From a virus (lineage: Duplodnaviria > Caudoviricetes): a stretch of 64,000 nt of DNA. Within the stretch, counting starts at the first letter, position 1, and the number at the start of each line of letters is the position of its first letter. Where the stretch lies: the IMG/VR virus record IMGVR_UViG_3300033498_000048, positions 1-64,000 of that record. One strand, given 5' to 3'. Positions 9,159-18,879 of the stretch are shown piece by piece. Position numbers and translations under genes: made by a program. Under the pieces are notes generated by a model. It did not search any database and was not told the origin of the DNA. It saw nothing but the letters and a program-made list of their open reading frames with translations.

Positions 9159-9686
9159 TTACAATATAAATCCACTATCTTCTACTACATATTCTACAAT
9201 TCCATCAAAATCTTTTATTATTACATCAGCAAGTATTTTTTGCCTTAACTTTGAATAAAGTTCATCTAATCGTGTTAGGGAATCTCGTACTTTGTTATTA
9301 TATTTAATAATACAATCTTGTTCGTTATCGCATATTTGATAGCCAGTGTATAATCCAGTAAAGGTTGATTGTTCGAGTCGTTCACCAATAGTGATTATTT
9401 CGTCACCTATGTCAATTCCTAGTTCACACACTGCCAAGAAATCACCAAACACAAAACTGTGTTTAATGGTATATTGAAATGTGATTGTTCCAAATGTAGG
9501 AACAAGATTAACGCTTAAACCTAAATGTTTATCACGTTCATATCCGAACACCCAAACGTCATCATCTTCATTAAGTGAATTAATATCTATCATATATCCT
9601 CCGTTTGAAACGACAAACTTCAAAGTTAAATTTTTAAAATGTGACACCTTTGGAATTAGCATAACAAAGGTGTCGTTGTTAATCAA
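9159..9686 (-). CDS. hypothetical protein
   Basis: 175-aa ORF; the real start may be the internal ATG (MIDINS). Confidence 0.55.
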   Translation of the reverse strand: MINNDTFVMLIPKVSHFKNLTLKFVVSNGGYMIDINSLNEDDDVWVFGYERDKHLGLSVNLVPTFGTITFQYTIKHSFVFGDFLAVCELGIDIGDEIITIGERLEQSTFTGLYTGYQICDNEQDCIIKYNNKVRDSLTRLDELYSKLRQKILADVIIKDFDGIVEYVVEDSGFIL

Positions 9687-9900
9687 TGCTTAACGAAACG
9701 ATACTCGACTCTTAATGTCTGACCTCGCTTAAGTGCTTGCTTGAACCTATTACAATTTCTTGTAACTTCATACTTTATAGTCCATCAGGCATATAAATGA
9801 ACTTTACTACTGCTTAATTATATTTGAACCTGCGTGGAAATAACTCTCCCGACTCTGTTACAACAGCATTTTACCAAAGTACAATATAATGTCAAGCTAT

Positions 9901-10152
9901 TTATTCATCTGTAAAACTTAGAACTGGTTTGTATCGTTTCACATCAGTCTTATACATGAATCCACCAACATAACCGTACCACCTATCATCTATTAAGGTT
10001 GCTAGTAAAGGTCTACCTAACATATCTTCAATTATTGCTTGTTGTCCATTATATGCTTTAGTTGTATCTACCCAATCTTTATTGTAATTTTCCTTAGCAG
10101 TTTTTAAATCTCTTCTACGAATAAATGGAGATTGTTTAATCAGCACTATCAT
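9901..10152 (-). CDS. hypothetical protein
   Basis: 83-aa ORF in a coupled run. Confidence 0.5.
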   Translation of the reverse strand: MIVLIKQSPFIRRRDLKTAKENYNKDWVDTTKAYNGQQAIIEDMLGRPLLATLIDDRWYGYVGGFMYKTDVKRYKPVLSFTDE

Positions 10153-10327
10153 TTAACAATTCCTCAATAAACTCACATTCAATTATACCTTGTCTGGATA
10201 TAGTACCAAATGAATCATATTCAATAACATTAATAAAATATTCATCAACTAATGTTCCAGTAACTATTTCACCTGCATAAAAATAATTACCATTCCATTT
10301 AACCTTCCCTGCTACATTAAGAATCAT
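10136..10327 (-). CDS. small beta-rich protein; stand-alone paralogue of the C-terminal domain of ORF 15476-16393
   Basis: GKVKWNGNYFYAGEIVTGTL...VIEYDSFGTISRQG aligns with GIVKYNGNHFFSGEVVSGTV...VVEYDNIGNISRQG. Confidence 0.7.
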   Translation of the reverse strand: MILNVAGKVKWNGNYFYAGEIVTGTLVDEYFINVIEYDSFGTISRQGIIECEFIEELLNDSAD

Positions 10328-10550
10328 ATTCGTCTGGAACCTTCATTTGTTTTTTACATTGTCTAGCTAAATCTGCTGTTAATGCTAGCATTTCATTATG
10401 GCGAACACTGCCCCTTTTATAGGGAGAATCATCAATTGCTTGCATAGCACAATTTATAAGCCATCTAGCAGTGTTCCAATCTTCAATCTTTAAAGTGATT
10501 GTTTCCTTCTTCTTATTAAATACAAGTCCAAACATTATAACTATCTCCAA
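10317..10550 (-). CDS. hypothetical protein
   Basis: 77-aa ORF with GGAG RBS. Confidence 0.55.
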   Translation of the reverse strand: MEIVIMFGLVFNKKKETITLKIEDWNTARWLINCAMQAIDDSPYKRGSVRHNEMLALTADLARQCKKQMKVPDEYDS

Positions 10551-10584
10551 ATAAAAGCTATTAAAATTTACTGGTCCACTAACT

Positions 10585-11043
10585 TCACATTAAAGTTGGA
10601 ATCAATCTCGATGATTTGTGAGCTAAAAACTTTTTAGGGAAATATTGATGTGGTTTAATTAAAACGTGTTCAATATCCATTGACAATTGTGTAATGAAAT
10701 CTTCAACTGATTTTCCATAAACATGAAAATCAACATGGACTCGTGTCCAAACTCTATTGAAGCCACTACCACCCGAACCAGTCATTGATACCCATAGCCA
10801 CCCTCTAGGAGTTTTGTTCCCAATACTCAAAACATCAAATTTAAAAAAGATTTGCATTGGTACACCTTGTTCAATTGAACCAAATGATACACATTTTAAT
10901 CTTGACACAAATCCACTAGAAGTTTTTTCAAACAATATAGGGAAATCTTCTAGTTCAATGTATCGTCTCAACTTAGTTAAGTCTAACACAAGTTCTTTGC
11001 TTAAGGTGTTTTCAATATCTAATATATCGGTGATGTTTGACAT
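10585..11043 (-). CDS. hypothetical protein
   Basis: 152-aa ORF with GGA RBS. Confidence 0.6.
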   Translation of the reverse strand: MSNITDILDIENTLSKELVLDLTKLRRYIELEDFPILFEKTSSGFVSRLKCVSFGSIEQGVPMQIFFKFDVLSIGNKTPRGWLWVSMTGSGGSGFNRVWTRVHVDFHVYGKSVEDFITQLSMDIEHVLIKPHQYFPKKFLAHKSSRLIPTLM

Positions 11044-11052
11044 TTTTGTTCC

Positions 11053-11092
11053 TTGTTGTTTTTATGTTGTTTTTATGTTGTTTTTATGTTGT
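11053..11092. repeat. short tandem repeat (TGTTTTTATGT-like 11-mer, about 3 copies)
   Basis: Seen directly in the leader of ORF 10585-11043. Confidence 0.7.
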
Positions 11093-11212
11093 ACATTGTA
11101 AATTAAGTGTTTCCAATTGTCAACTAAAATAACCTTGGATTTGTAATTACAAATAACATCAAAGTACGGATTAAATCGCTCTATGTGCTAAGTAATTATC
11201 ATGTATAACAAA

Positions 11213-11450
11213 AATCAACAAGTTAGCACTTGCAAGTGTTAGTTAATCATATAACTTGTCCAAGTGCTAACTCATTGATGGATAATAATTGACAATGAAT
11301 TATAACAAAATCAATAAGTTAGCACTTACAGTGTGGTCTTAATTATATAAAGACTGCAAATGCTAACTTGTTGATTCTTAAATTATTTCTGGAAGTGTGA
11401 ATGTCCACAAGTGCTAATATTATGAATCAATGACATAGCACTTGTGGAAC
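11213..11450. repeat. TTAGCACTT-N30-AAGTGCTAA palindromic element cluster (2 full units plus half-sites)
   Basis: Left arms at 11223 and 11319; further half-sites near 11410 and 11435. Confidence 0.9.
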
Positions 11451-11467
11451 AGATATTAATTATATAA

Positions 11468-11743
11468 TCAAGTTAATTGAGCATAAAGTGTTTTGAGTAC
11501 AACACTTTCACTAATACCTTTTAATATGATTGTAGTATCATCATTATCAATTGTACTAACGATGGATACATCATACACATTAGATTCCCATTTAATTATT
11601 TGAATCATCGTAAACCAATCTATCGGTTCAAAGTGAATAATATCATATTTTCTATGAAAGTCTTTACCTAGTTCAAAGAAGTCTGTTTCAGAGTTTGAAT
11701 CAAATCCAAAAGATTGTACACATACATTAAAAATATTATCCAT
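11468..11743 (-). CDS. hypothetical protein
   Basis: 91-aa ORF. Confidence 0.6.
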   Translation of the reverse strand: MDNIFNVCVQSFGFDSNSETDFFELGKDFHRKYDIIHFEPIDWFTMIQIIKWESNVYDVSIVSTIDNDDTTIILKGISESVVLKTLYAQLT

Positions 11744-11753
11744 TATTAATCAC

Positions 11754-12326
11754 TCACACCTCAATGGAATTTAGGCTGTCACACTTCAATTCAGCTAATT
11801 TTTTCAGCAACCTTTCGCGTTTTGCTGCTATTTCACGATATTTTATCAAAAGGGCTTTATACTCTTTGTAAACTTCACAAGCTTGGTCGGGAGTAAATAG
11901 AACTTCTTTATTAAGTGTTCCAGTATATGCTGGGCGTAATTTAACCAGCTCATTCCAGAATAGGTCAAACACTTCTGGGATATATTCCGTGTTCAATAGG
12001 TATGCTCCAGTAGAGAATTGGAAATATAAATACCAGCCATCTTTAGGTTGCTCCATGGTATCAAGGGATAATGTTTGGTTCTTTGAGCCTTTACCAAACC
12101 TACGCAATGTCACAAAATTATCTAAATCAAAGAAGTCTGTCCACCCATAATGTCGTTCAGTCAGAATGCCCCCAAATAATTTTGAAACTTCTAAAAAGTG
12201 AATACGAGTGGTAAGAGTGTCATTCAAACGGGTCACATCATCTGGCACTAATTGGTGTGCAGCAGCTGTTACATGGTTTAATATATCACGGTAAATGGTA
12301 AGTTTGGATTCTAAATCTTGAGTCAT
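11754..12326 (-). CDS. hypothetical protein
   Basis: 190-aa ORF with GGAG RBS and upstream promoter. Confidence 0.7.
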   Translation of the reverse strand: MTQDLESKLTIYRDILNHVTAAAHQLVPDDVTRLNDTLTTRIHFLEVSKLFGGILTERHYGWTDFFDLDNFVTLRRFGKGSKNQTLSLDTMEQPKDGWYLYFQFSTGAYLLNTEYIPEVFDLFWNELVKLRPAYTGTLNKEVLFTPDQACEVYKEYKALLIKYREIAAKRERLLKKLAELKCDSLNSIEV

Positions 12327-12363
12327 GGTTGTTCTCCAGTTTTGTTAAGCAGTTAATTCGTAT

Positions 12364-12393
12364 ATTGTACACAATTAGCTTGTATAAAGTCAA
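12364..12393 (-). promoter_or_regulatory. sigma70-like early promoter
   Basis: TTGACT-N18-TACAAT on the minus strand, with TG just upstream of the -10 box. Confidence 0.55.
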
Positions 12394-12413
12394 CTGGAAT
12401 ACTCGTTAGTAAC

Positions 12414-12680
12414 AAATCAATAAGTTAGCACTTACAACAATTAGGTAATTCATAACACTGTCCAAGTGCTAACTCATTGATTCTTATACGATACAACTTA
12501 ACTCAATTAAATCAGTCCGTTAGCACTTGGAACGATTTACTAATTACTAACAACTCCAAAGTGCTAAGTCGTTGATTTATATTAATTGATAGTGTTACTA
12601 TTCACATCTCAATTAAATCAATAGGTTAGCATTTACAACCGATAATGTATTATAACTGTTCCGAGTGCTAACCAGTAGAT
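12414..12680. repeat. palindromic element cluster (3 units)
   Basis: Left arms at 12425, 12520, 12626. Confidence 0.9.
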
Positions 12681-12724
12681 TTTTGGATGGTACAGTAAAA
12701 GTGAACTTTCATGGTCACTTATAA

Positions 12725-13522
12725 CTAACACAACTCTGGAATTTGAGTTTTTAGATAATCATAAATTTGCCAGCAATTAAGTGTTTTTGTTGATATAGAT
12801 TTTGGAACTATGTTTTTCCAATCAGTATTCACACAAACTTCAATTAATTTTGTTTTTAAATCCTTATTGTAGCAATAAAAGTAAATTTCGCTAGCATACT
12901 CGCCAATGTAATTTGGACGTACACCAACACTACCCCAAGAACAAATTGAATAACAAAAATCATCTGTTATCGACTTTTCATTTCTAGTTTTGTTTTTTGT
13001 TCTAAGTTTAATGTCACGGAATGGATGGTTTTTTGGAGCAACATTTAACACTCGATTTAGTGGACGTTTCCAAATGTTAAAACAACAGTGCAATTTGACT
13101 CCAGAATACTCAATATCAGGTAACTCGTGTGATGACACCAAATCAAACTTATAGAAGCTCCTAGATGAATTTAGTTGGCTTATAGGTTGTATAAACGCAA
13201 TGTAATCACCTATATTAACACTTTTATTATAGAATTTTAAGCTTAAATTATTGGAAAATCCAAATGGAGGGTTACCGATAACACATCGTCCAGTCTTATA
13301 TGCTATTTTTAAAGTCAAATAATCCTGTTTAATAATATCTGGATATTCTGGTTCAATATCATATGCTAATGTATTAATAGGTAATTGTGTTAAGAATGAG
13401 CCATTTCCAGCCGATGGTTCAAGATATTCCGTTATTGGAAAATTATGTTCATTCAAATACTGTAGACATAATGCTACTATGTCTGGGTTGGTGTAATACT
13501 TATCAAAATTTATTTTGGACAT
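12725..13522 (-). CDS. DNA amino-methyltransferase (N6-adenine type)
   Basis: DKYYT, SAM-binding EPSAGNGSF, catalytic VIGNPPFG. Confidence 0.8.
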   Translation of the reverse strand: MSKINFDKYYTNPDIVALCLQYLNEHNFPITEYLEPSAGNGSFLTQLPINTLAYDIEPEYPDIIKQDYLTLKIAYKTGRCVIGNPPFGFSNNLSLKFYNKSVNIGDYIAFIQPISQLNSSRSFYKFDLVSSHELPDIEYSGVKLHCCFNIWKRPLNRVLNVAPKNHPFRDIKLRTKNKTRNEKSITDDFCYSICSWGSVGVRPNYIGEYASEIYFYCYNKDLKTKLIEVCVNTDWKNIVPKSISTKTLNCWQIYDYLKTQIPELC

Positions 13523-13553
13523 ATCAATGCGTTAATTAGGTAGAATAAGAAAG

Positions 13554-14015
13554 AATCAATGAGTTAGCACTTACAAACTGGTATTAGTTATATAACTGTT
13601 CCAAGTGCTAACCTATTGATTTATAATAGTTGACAATGAATGATAAAACTATCAATGACTTAGCACTTGGACAGTGTTATTAATTACTTAATAGCTGCAA
13701 GTGCTAAGTCATTGATAGTTGGTGTATGATATGGTAAAGATGAATCGTCCACGTGCTAACTACAAATTGAGTTAAAATATAAAATCAATAGGTTAGCACT
13801 CACGAGTGTTAGGTAATTTGTAAACGGTTACAAGTGCTAAGTTATTGATTCTCAATACAACACAATTTATATTAGTTTATCAATAACTTAGCACTTATAT
13901 GGATGTATTAATTATATAACTGTTCCAAATGCTATCATATTGATTTAATTGAGCATAAATGTATTAGTAATATCAATAAGTTAGCATTTGGAACGTGTTA
14001 GTAATTAACCACAAC
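13554..14015. repeat. palindromic element cluster (4 full units, 1 degenerate, 1 half-site)
   Basis: Left arms at 13564, 13660, 13793, 13888, 13981. Confidence 0.9.
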
Positions 14016-14175
14016 TGCTAACTTTAACCCACTCTTGTAAATCCATAATATTGAATGTATCTCTGTATATTTTACAATCAATGAACCATACACATTTAGC
14101 TGTATTTTCATCAATTGATTCCACAGTCATCAATGTTCCACCAATTTTCATGTTTACTACACTACCAATATTCAT
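14005..14175 (-). CDS. YodC/DUF2158-like small protein (not in the ORF track)
   Basis: My translation: MNIGSVVNMKIGGTLMTVESIDENTAKCVWFIDCKIYRDTF... (56 aa), matching the xGDVVxLKSGGPxMTV...CxWF pattern. Confidence 0.6.
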   Translation of the reverse strand: MNIGSVVNMKIGGTLMTVESIDENTAKCVWFIDCKIYRDTFNIMDLQEWVKVSSCG

Positions 14176-14217
14176 TTTTAATTTCCTGTTTGTTATATAG
14201 TAAATCTATTTATTAGA

Positions 14218-14225
14218 CATAAATA
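14218..14225 (+). promoter_or_regulatory. late-promoter variant CATAAATA
   Basis: One mismatch to TATAAATA, 24 nt upstream of ORF 14249. Confidence 0.4.
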
Positions 14226-14248
14226 CTTCACTTTAAGGACAGTCTAAT

Positions 14249-15409
14249 ATGAAGATATTAATGCCTATTGATGATGCGTCATTCTATGGAACAATTCCAG
14301 TTGATAATGTTCTTTATAATCCACAAATTATACTAGGAGGTATTGAAAGGATGTCGTCATTGTTATGTAATACAGTATTTGATGACATTACCATCATCCC
14401 ATGTATTACAACAATTGTTGATAGACTAAATAAATCGAGGGCAAAGTTGGTTAAACAGAGCATAGATTTCCATAAACCAGATTTAATCTTATTACATTAT
14501 CCATGGAAATACACAGCAACACTTAAAAACTCTAAAATTCCAATAATTGCATTTATCCACGATGATTATAGTGGAAAGTCTTGTGGTGGTATAACAATGT
14601 ACACTGGATTGAAAAAATCGTTAGAAATGTTACAAGATGGACATCATATTGCGTTTCTAGGTGAACACCAACTTAGTTGTTATATCAATCATATCCACAA
14701 TAAAATAGACCCGAATTACCTAGTAAACATTGAACAGACGCATATATTTAGACCAGCATATTGTACTAATACAACATTCAACTCACAACGAATTTATGAT
14801 GTGATGAATGTGTCAAGAATCCAACGCATCAAAAACGCATTTGCTCCACATGAATTTGTATTTGATACAACATTTACAAGTTTAATATCAACCAAACGAC
14901 TACCTTCGCGTGAAAACGATAATTTAGGTAAACAAAACGCTAAGTACGAAAATGATAACTTAAACATCAAATGGAAGTCATACCCAAATTGTATTACCAT
15001 ATTAAACAACACATCAGAAGAAAACTTTGAGTATTTAAGACAAGCAAAAACTTTTATGGTAGCGTGGACACGCGAGCCTTGGGGTATAACAGCACTGGAA
15101 GCATTATCTTGTGGTGTTCCATTAGTGGTTTTGACAGATGAAAGTGGAATCAACGCCTCAGATGAAATTGTGGCTGATAAATCACATTCTATTAAAATTG
15201 TAAAAACTAAGGATTGTAAAGAACAGGTCATTAATGCAATTGAGGTATTATCACAATACTCAACTGAAAAACGATTAGAAATTGCCAAAATGACAATGGA
15301 AAGGCACTCTTTAGATGCGTGGAAAAGAATGTTTTGTGATATGTTTGATAAGAGGATGTCGAGTTGTGTTAAGCCAACTCAATCTTTGTTGAAGTTTGTA
15401 TCACACTAG
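14249..15409 (+). CDS. GT-B glycosyltransferase (GT4-like)
   Basis: Signature REPWGITALEALSCGVPLV (E-x7-E); N-terminal MKILMP...GGIER. Confidence 0.8.
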   Translation: MKILMPIDDASFYGTIPVDNVLYNPQIILGGIERMSSLLCNTVFDDITIIPCITTIVDRLNKSRAKLVKQSIDFHKPDLILLHYPWKYTATLKNSKIPIIAFIHDDYSGKSCGGITMYTGLKKSLEMLQDGHHIAFLGEHQLSCYINHIHNKIDPNYLVNIEQTHIFRPAYCTNTTFNSQRIYDVMNVSRIQRIKNAFAPHEFVFDTTFTSLISTKRLPSRENDNLGKQNAKYENDNLNIKWKSYPNCITILNNTSEENFEYLRQAKTFMVAWTREPWGITALEALSCGVPLVVLTDESGINASDEIVADKSHSIKIVKTKDCKEQVINAIEVLSQYSTEKRLEIAKMTMERHSLDAWKRMFCDMFDKRMSSCVKPTQSLLKFVSH

Positions 15410-15413
15410 GCGT

Positions 15414-15475
15414 AAGTTAGCACTTGGACATTGGTGTTAATTATATAACTTGTCCAAGTGCTAACACGTTGATTA
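15414..15475. repeat. single palindromic element between convergent genes
   Basis: TTAGCACTT at 15417, N30, AAGTGCTAA. Confidence 0.9.
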
Positions 15476-16393
15476 TTAAATGAATTGACTGATTTCTACT
15501 GTACCTTGTCTTGATATGTTTCCAATATTATCATATTCAACTACATTAAGATAGTTGTCATTAGATACAGTACCGGAAACCACCTCACCAGAAAAAAAGT
15601 GATTTCCATTATATTTAACAATTCCACTCTTTAAGCTACTTGTGTCGTTTTTAGGTTCAAAAAAACGCAAATTCTTTTTACTCATAATCTCAACTGATTT
15701 GGTTTCAACTTCATAATCTAGGAATGATATGCTTGAAAGTTCAACTGGAATATCGGTAGCAATAATCATATCAGTATCAATATACAATACACATGGATTC
15801 TTAGATATTTGTTCCATTATGTTATATCCAATATTTGAAATCCAATTAGCATCTTGGAACGCTGTTAATTTACTATTGTTTGATGTGACATACCAATATA
15901 ACATATTAAGGAATACCTTTAATGCTATAATCTTGCCTTTAAGTTCATGGTTCTTTTCAACAAAAAATTCGCGTTTTAATTCAGTTCTTTCGATTTTTAA
16001 TTGTTTAACCATTTCACCGAAGTTAGGAATATTCCAAAATGGATAGTTTCCAATAAGAGCTGAATATAGGTTGTTTATCGTGATTACTTTCACTCCAATG
16101 AATGTACCAGTATGGTTCACTCCAATGAATGCTTGTGGATGTTCTTGAACTGATGTGAAATCCAGTTTCTTTGGTTCAATTATAATTGGAGTGATATTAA
16201 GCTCAGTAATAAGCTTTGTGATAACACTGTCAACTAAATAATGTGGGATAGAATCAGGGTTAAATTCAGAGATTGGTTTTCCAGTAAAATCTTGTACAAC
16301 ATCATAAATGATTTTAGATAATAAGCTCATGTGTTTATTTCCTTTAAAAGTTATTTTAATTGTCTGACTTGTTTTTGAATATATACAAATCAT
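15476..16393 (-). CDS. degenerate family-B DNA polymerase fragment fused to a small C-terminal domain
   Basis: Motif B-like KVFLNMLYW and motif C-like YIDTDMI; motif A region reads TINNLYSALI and lacks the catalytic Asp. Confidence 0.6.
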   Translation of the reverse strand: MICIYSKTSQTIKITFKGNKHMSLLSKIIYDVVQDFTGKPISEFNPDSIPHYLVDSVITKLITELNITPIIIEPKKLDFTSVQEHPQAFIGVNHTGTFIGVKVITINNLYSALIGNYPFWNIPNFGEMVKQLKIERTELKREFFVEKNHELKGKIIALKVFLNMLYWYVTSNNSKLTAFQDANWISNIGYNIMEQISKNPCVLYIDTDMIIATDIPVELSSISFLDYEVETKSVEIMSKKNLRFFEPKNDTSSLKSGIVKYNGNHFFSGEVVSGTVSNDNYLNVVEYDNIGNISRQGTVEISQFI

Positions 16394-16417
16394 TTCTTTT
16401 GTTTAATGTTACCATAT

Positions 16418-16879
16418 TTAAATTCCATTCAGAACTCTAAAATAACTAAAAATCATAATTCGTAGGTCTTTTGGAATAATAACGTTAGTATTCACAAGTC
16501 CTAAGTAGTTTTGTGTGGTGTTGTTCCAAGCTTGTTTAATTCTATCATTATCAGCAACAATCAAATTGATAATCTCACCTTCACAGTTGTATTTGATACT
16601 TCTGCTTGGATAATTGGTATGCGCAATTGGGTCTGCTTTGGGTAAAGCGTGATTAGTGACTAACAAATCATACTCATCATTCGTTATTACATAATCATAA
16701 TCAGATTCAATAGTAGCTCCACCTAGTACCCTTGAACCAGTGGAAACTGCAATCAATTTCACTTCTGCTAATTGATTTGTGGTCATATCAGCAAATTCAA
16801 CCTCCCTTGAACACTTTACAACATCACAACATTCTTCTAAGAAGACATCTAATAAGTCGCCCATAATATTACCTCGCAT
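16418..16879 (-). CDS. small Pol-beta-superfamily nucleotidyltransferase
   Basis: TGSRVLGGATIESDYDYVI (GS...DxD), later IINLIV. Confidence 0.6.
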   Translation of the reverse strand: MRGNIMGDLLDVFLEECCDVVKCSREVEFADMTTNQLAEVKLIAVSTGSRVLGGATIESDYDYVITNDEYDLLVTNHALPKADPIAHTNYPSRSIKYNCEGEIINLIVADNDRIKQAWNNTTQNYLGLVNTNVIIPKDLRIMIFSYFRVLNGI

Positions 16880-16881
16880 AA

Positions 16882-17319
16882 TTATAAAATAAAAAGATTT
16901 TCGTCTGTTTGGTGTGGAACGCCAAACGCCATTAAAAAGTTGTGAACTGTCATGGATTTTTCGCCAGTTGATAGTTCCCTGTATTGCTTATTGATGTATG
17001 AATATTCTGGAACTTTAAATGGAATTGCTAGTACCAGTTCATATGTGTTGCTATTGAACGTATCAATTAACACTTGAATGGTTTTGTTTACATCTTGAAT
17101 TTTGAAAAGTGGTGTGTTATAGACTTCAACTGAAACACAACATTTTGACTTTTGGAATATATCAACACTTTGCATAAAGTTTGTTGTCTTTTTATCATTT
17201 AGTACAAGGATGAAAGTAATTGACACTAAAGACTTATCACTGGAACCAATAGTTAAAGTCTCAGATTCTACTATTGCTGTTCTAAGTGCCGAATTAATAG
17301 TTTGTTGGTTTAGTTCCAT
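16882..17319 (-). CDS. hypothetical protein
   Basis: 145-aa ORF. Confidence 0.6.
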   Translation of the reverse strand: MELNQQTINSALRTAIVESETLTIGSSDKSLVSITFILVLNDKKTTNFMQSVDIFQKSKCCVSVEVYNTPLFKIQDVNKTIQVLIDTFNSNTYELVLAIPFKVPEYSYINKQYRELSTGEKSMTVHNFLMAFGVPHQTDENLFIL

Positions 17320-17321
17320 AA

Positions 17322-17582
17322 TTAAATTACCACTTTGTAGATTTCTAAATGTGTTACTGATAATGCAGATTTAACTAATATTGTATCAAACTTTGTTGGA
17401 ATTATATAAATCTTATCTTGGTATAATTCTAATATCTTGAATGGTTGATTTAACATATCTCCATCAAAAACGTTTACATAATTGTCTGTATCAAGAAATT
17501 GACACCATTCAACATCAGTTAGTCTGAATGATTCTTTACATGATTCGGTTAATTTTACCAAATCACCAACTTGGAACTCCAT
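17322..17582 (-). CDS. hypothetical protein
   Basis: 86-aa ORF starting MEFQVGDLV. Confidence 0.6.
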   Translation of the reverse strand: MEFQVGDLVKLTESCKESFRLTDVEWCQFLDTDNYVNVFDGDMLNQPFKILELYQDKIYIIPTKFDTILVKSALSVTHLEIYKVVI

Positions 17583-17714
17583 AATTAAACTCCAGTGTTA
17601 TTTGAATTAATTGGTACAGTGGATTAAAGGTTTGTTGTGCTTTAACATAGACTTGCATTAATTCCACTTAATGCAACAATAACAGATTATTCGTGGAATT
17701 TTACCTAAGTAAAT

Positions 17715-17801
17715 CAGAGAATAGCAGAATCGAACTGCAAGGCTTTTATGTCCTTGAACTGTTTTCCAAACAGCCATCATAACCATATGATAATATTCTC
17801 T
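17715..17801 (-). tRNA. tRNA-Ser(GGA)
   Basis: Acceptor AGAGAAT/ATTCTCT, G73, loop TTGGAAA, long variable arm, T-loop TTCGATT; CCA not encoded. Confidence 0.8.
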
Positions 17802-18043
17802 AGGAATTGTGATATTAGCGATTCACGCATTCTTAAATTATCGTGGCTTACGAAACCCTCTTATATTAAAGAATATAGCCGAATAATTTTCAATAATACT
17901 AATATCAAACTTTAAACATTATGCTTGGAATCTCACTAAATCCATAATCATACTATTATTCCCAGTTGTTTAAGTTGTTCAAGTATTATAATTACTTAAA
18001 TAATGAAGTCAATAATTATTTTGATGTGGTTGGAGAATCGAAC

Positions 18044-18260
18044 TAATTAAAAATAACAATGGTTGGTACTGAATTTCCAACATAGAATCCACTTTAAAAC
18101 ATATTCACGTTTTCGCCTCAGACCCAAGATTGCCATCTTTTTGTGCGTGTTCGGGTTCTTCATTTCGGGTGCATATTCCCTAATCTGTCAGGATTCTTAC
18201 AACCAGGAACGTACCTAAGATATGTGTATCAGCCTACACATTCATTGTTATTTTTAATTA
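18044..18260 (-). ncRNA. unknown structured RNA closed by an 18-bp perfect stem
   Basis: TAATTAAAAATAACAATG/CATTGTTATTTTTAATTA; GC-richer non-coding interior; strand inferred from neighbours. Confidence 0.45.
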
Positions 18261-18347
18261 ACTCTGGAATACAATCTTTAGTGATATGTAATAACTCTTT
18301 TAAGGTGAATAATGTTTACTGACATAGTAAACCTTAAGGTTAATGTG

Positions 18348-18437
18348 TGGAGCTCCATGGGAGAGTCGAACTCCCAACACGCTTGCGCGATGTGACGGGT
18401 TACAAAGCCGTTCCTGTACCAGTTGAGGCAATGGAGC
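18348..18437 (-). tRNA. tRNA-Thr(TGT) with long variable arm
   Basis: Acceptor GCTCCAT/ATGGAGC, U73, CCA; loop TTTGTAA; variable region CACATCGCGCAAGCGTGTT; T-loop TTCGACT. Confidence 0.8.
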
Positions 18438-18446
18438 TTTAATGCG

Positions 18447-18603
18447 TTATGGTTTATGGCAAGACACTGGGTTTTCACCAATACTATTAAGAGTCACCTT
18501 AATATATTCAGTGGTTCAATCAAGTGACTTAATCTTGTTAATTTCCACTTACTATGGTTGGAATCGTTCACCAATCATCATTCAGTCCTGCCATAAACCA
18601 TAA
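18447..18603 (-). ncRNA. unknown structured RNA closed by a 15-bp perfect stem
   Basis: TTATGGTTTATGGCA/TGCCATAAACCATAA; internal GTCAC/GTGAC helix. Confidence 0.45.
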
Positions 18604-18604
18604 A

Positions 18605-18742
18605 GGCTTAGAATACCATTCTTAAACACTCATCATATATGCAAATCCTGAGAAGGAAGTTTATCGGTTTTACCAGCATATTTAGATTAGTAAGTTATCT
18701 CGGTTATTCTTATTTGAGTGAATAAGAATGGTATTCTAAGCC
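18605..18742 (-). ncRNA. unknown structured RNA closed by a 20-bp perfect stem
   Basis: GGCTTAGAATACCATTCTTA/TAAGAATGGTATTCTAAGCC, continued by CACTCA/TGAGTG. Confidence 0.5.
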
Positions 18743-18879
18743 AAAGATGGTATGAACAATCAAATATAGTTTTTATCGCGTTTTAATATTAAACTACGTC
18801 CATGTTACTGGACGATTGGACTTTACCAATATCACGTCATTGGAAGTGAAGTATCTATATTTTACACAATACCATCTTT
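18743..18879 (-). ncRNA. Y RNA-like gene (YrlA type, diverged tRNA module)
   Basis: 11-bp end stem; internal loop TGTGTA/GATTGTTC; stem AAATATAG/CTATATTT; ATACTTC; T-like ATTGG/CCAAT; closed acceptor CGTCCA/TGGACG; D-like TAGTTTAATATTAAAAC. Confidence 0.65.

Noticed and set aside
17810-17890. Weak inverted repeats after tRNA-Ser(GGA)
   Set aside because: Short, AT-rich pairings not distinguishable from chance by eye.
18278-18481. Minus-strand 67-aa ORF
   Set aside because: Spans tRNA-Thr and a structured RNA stem.
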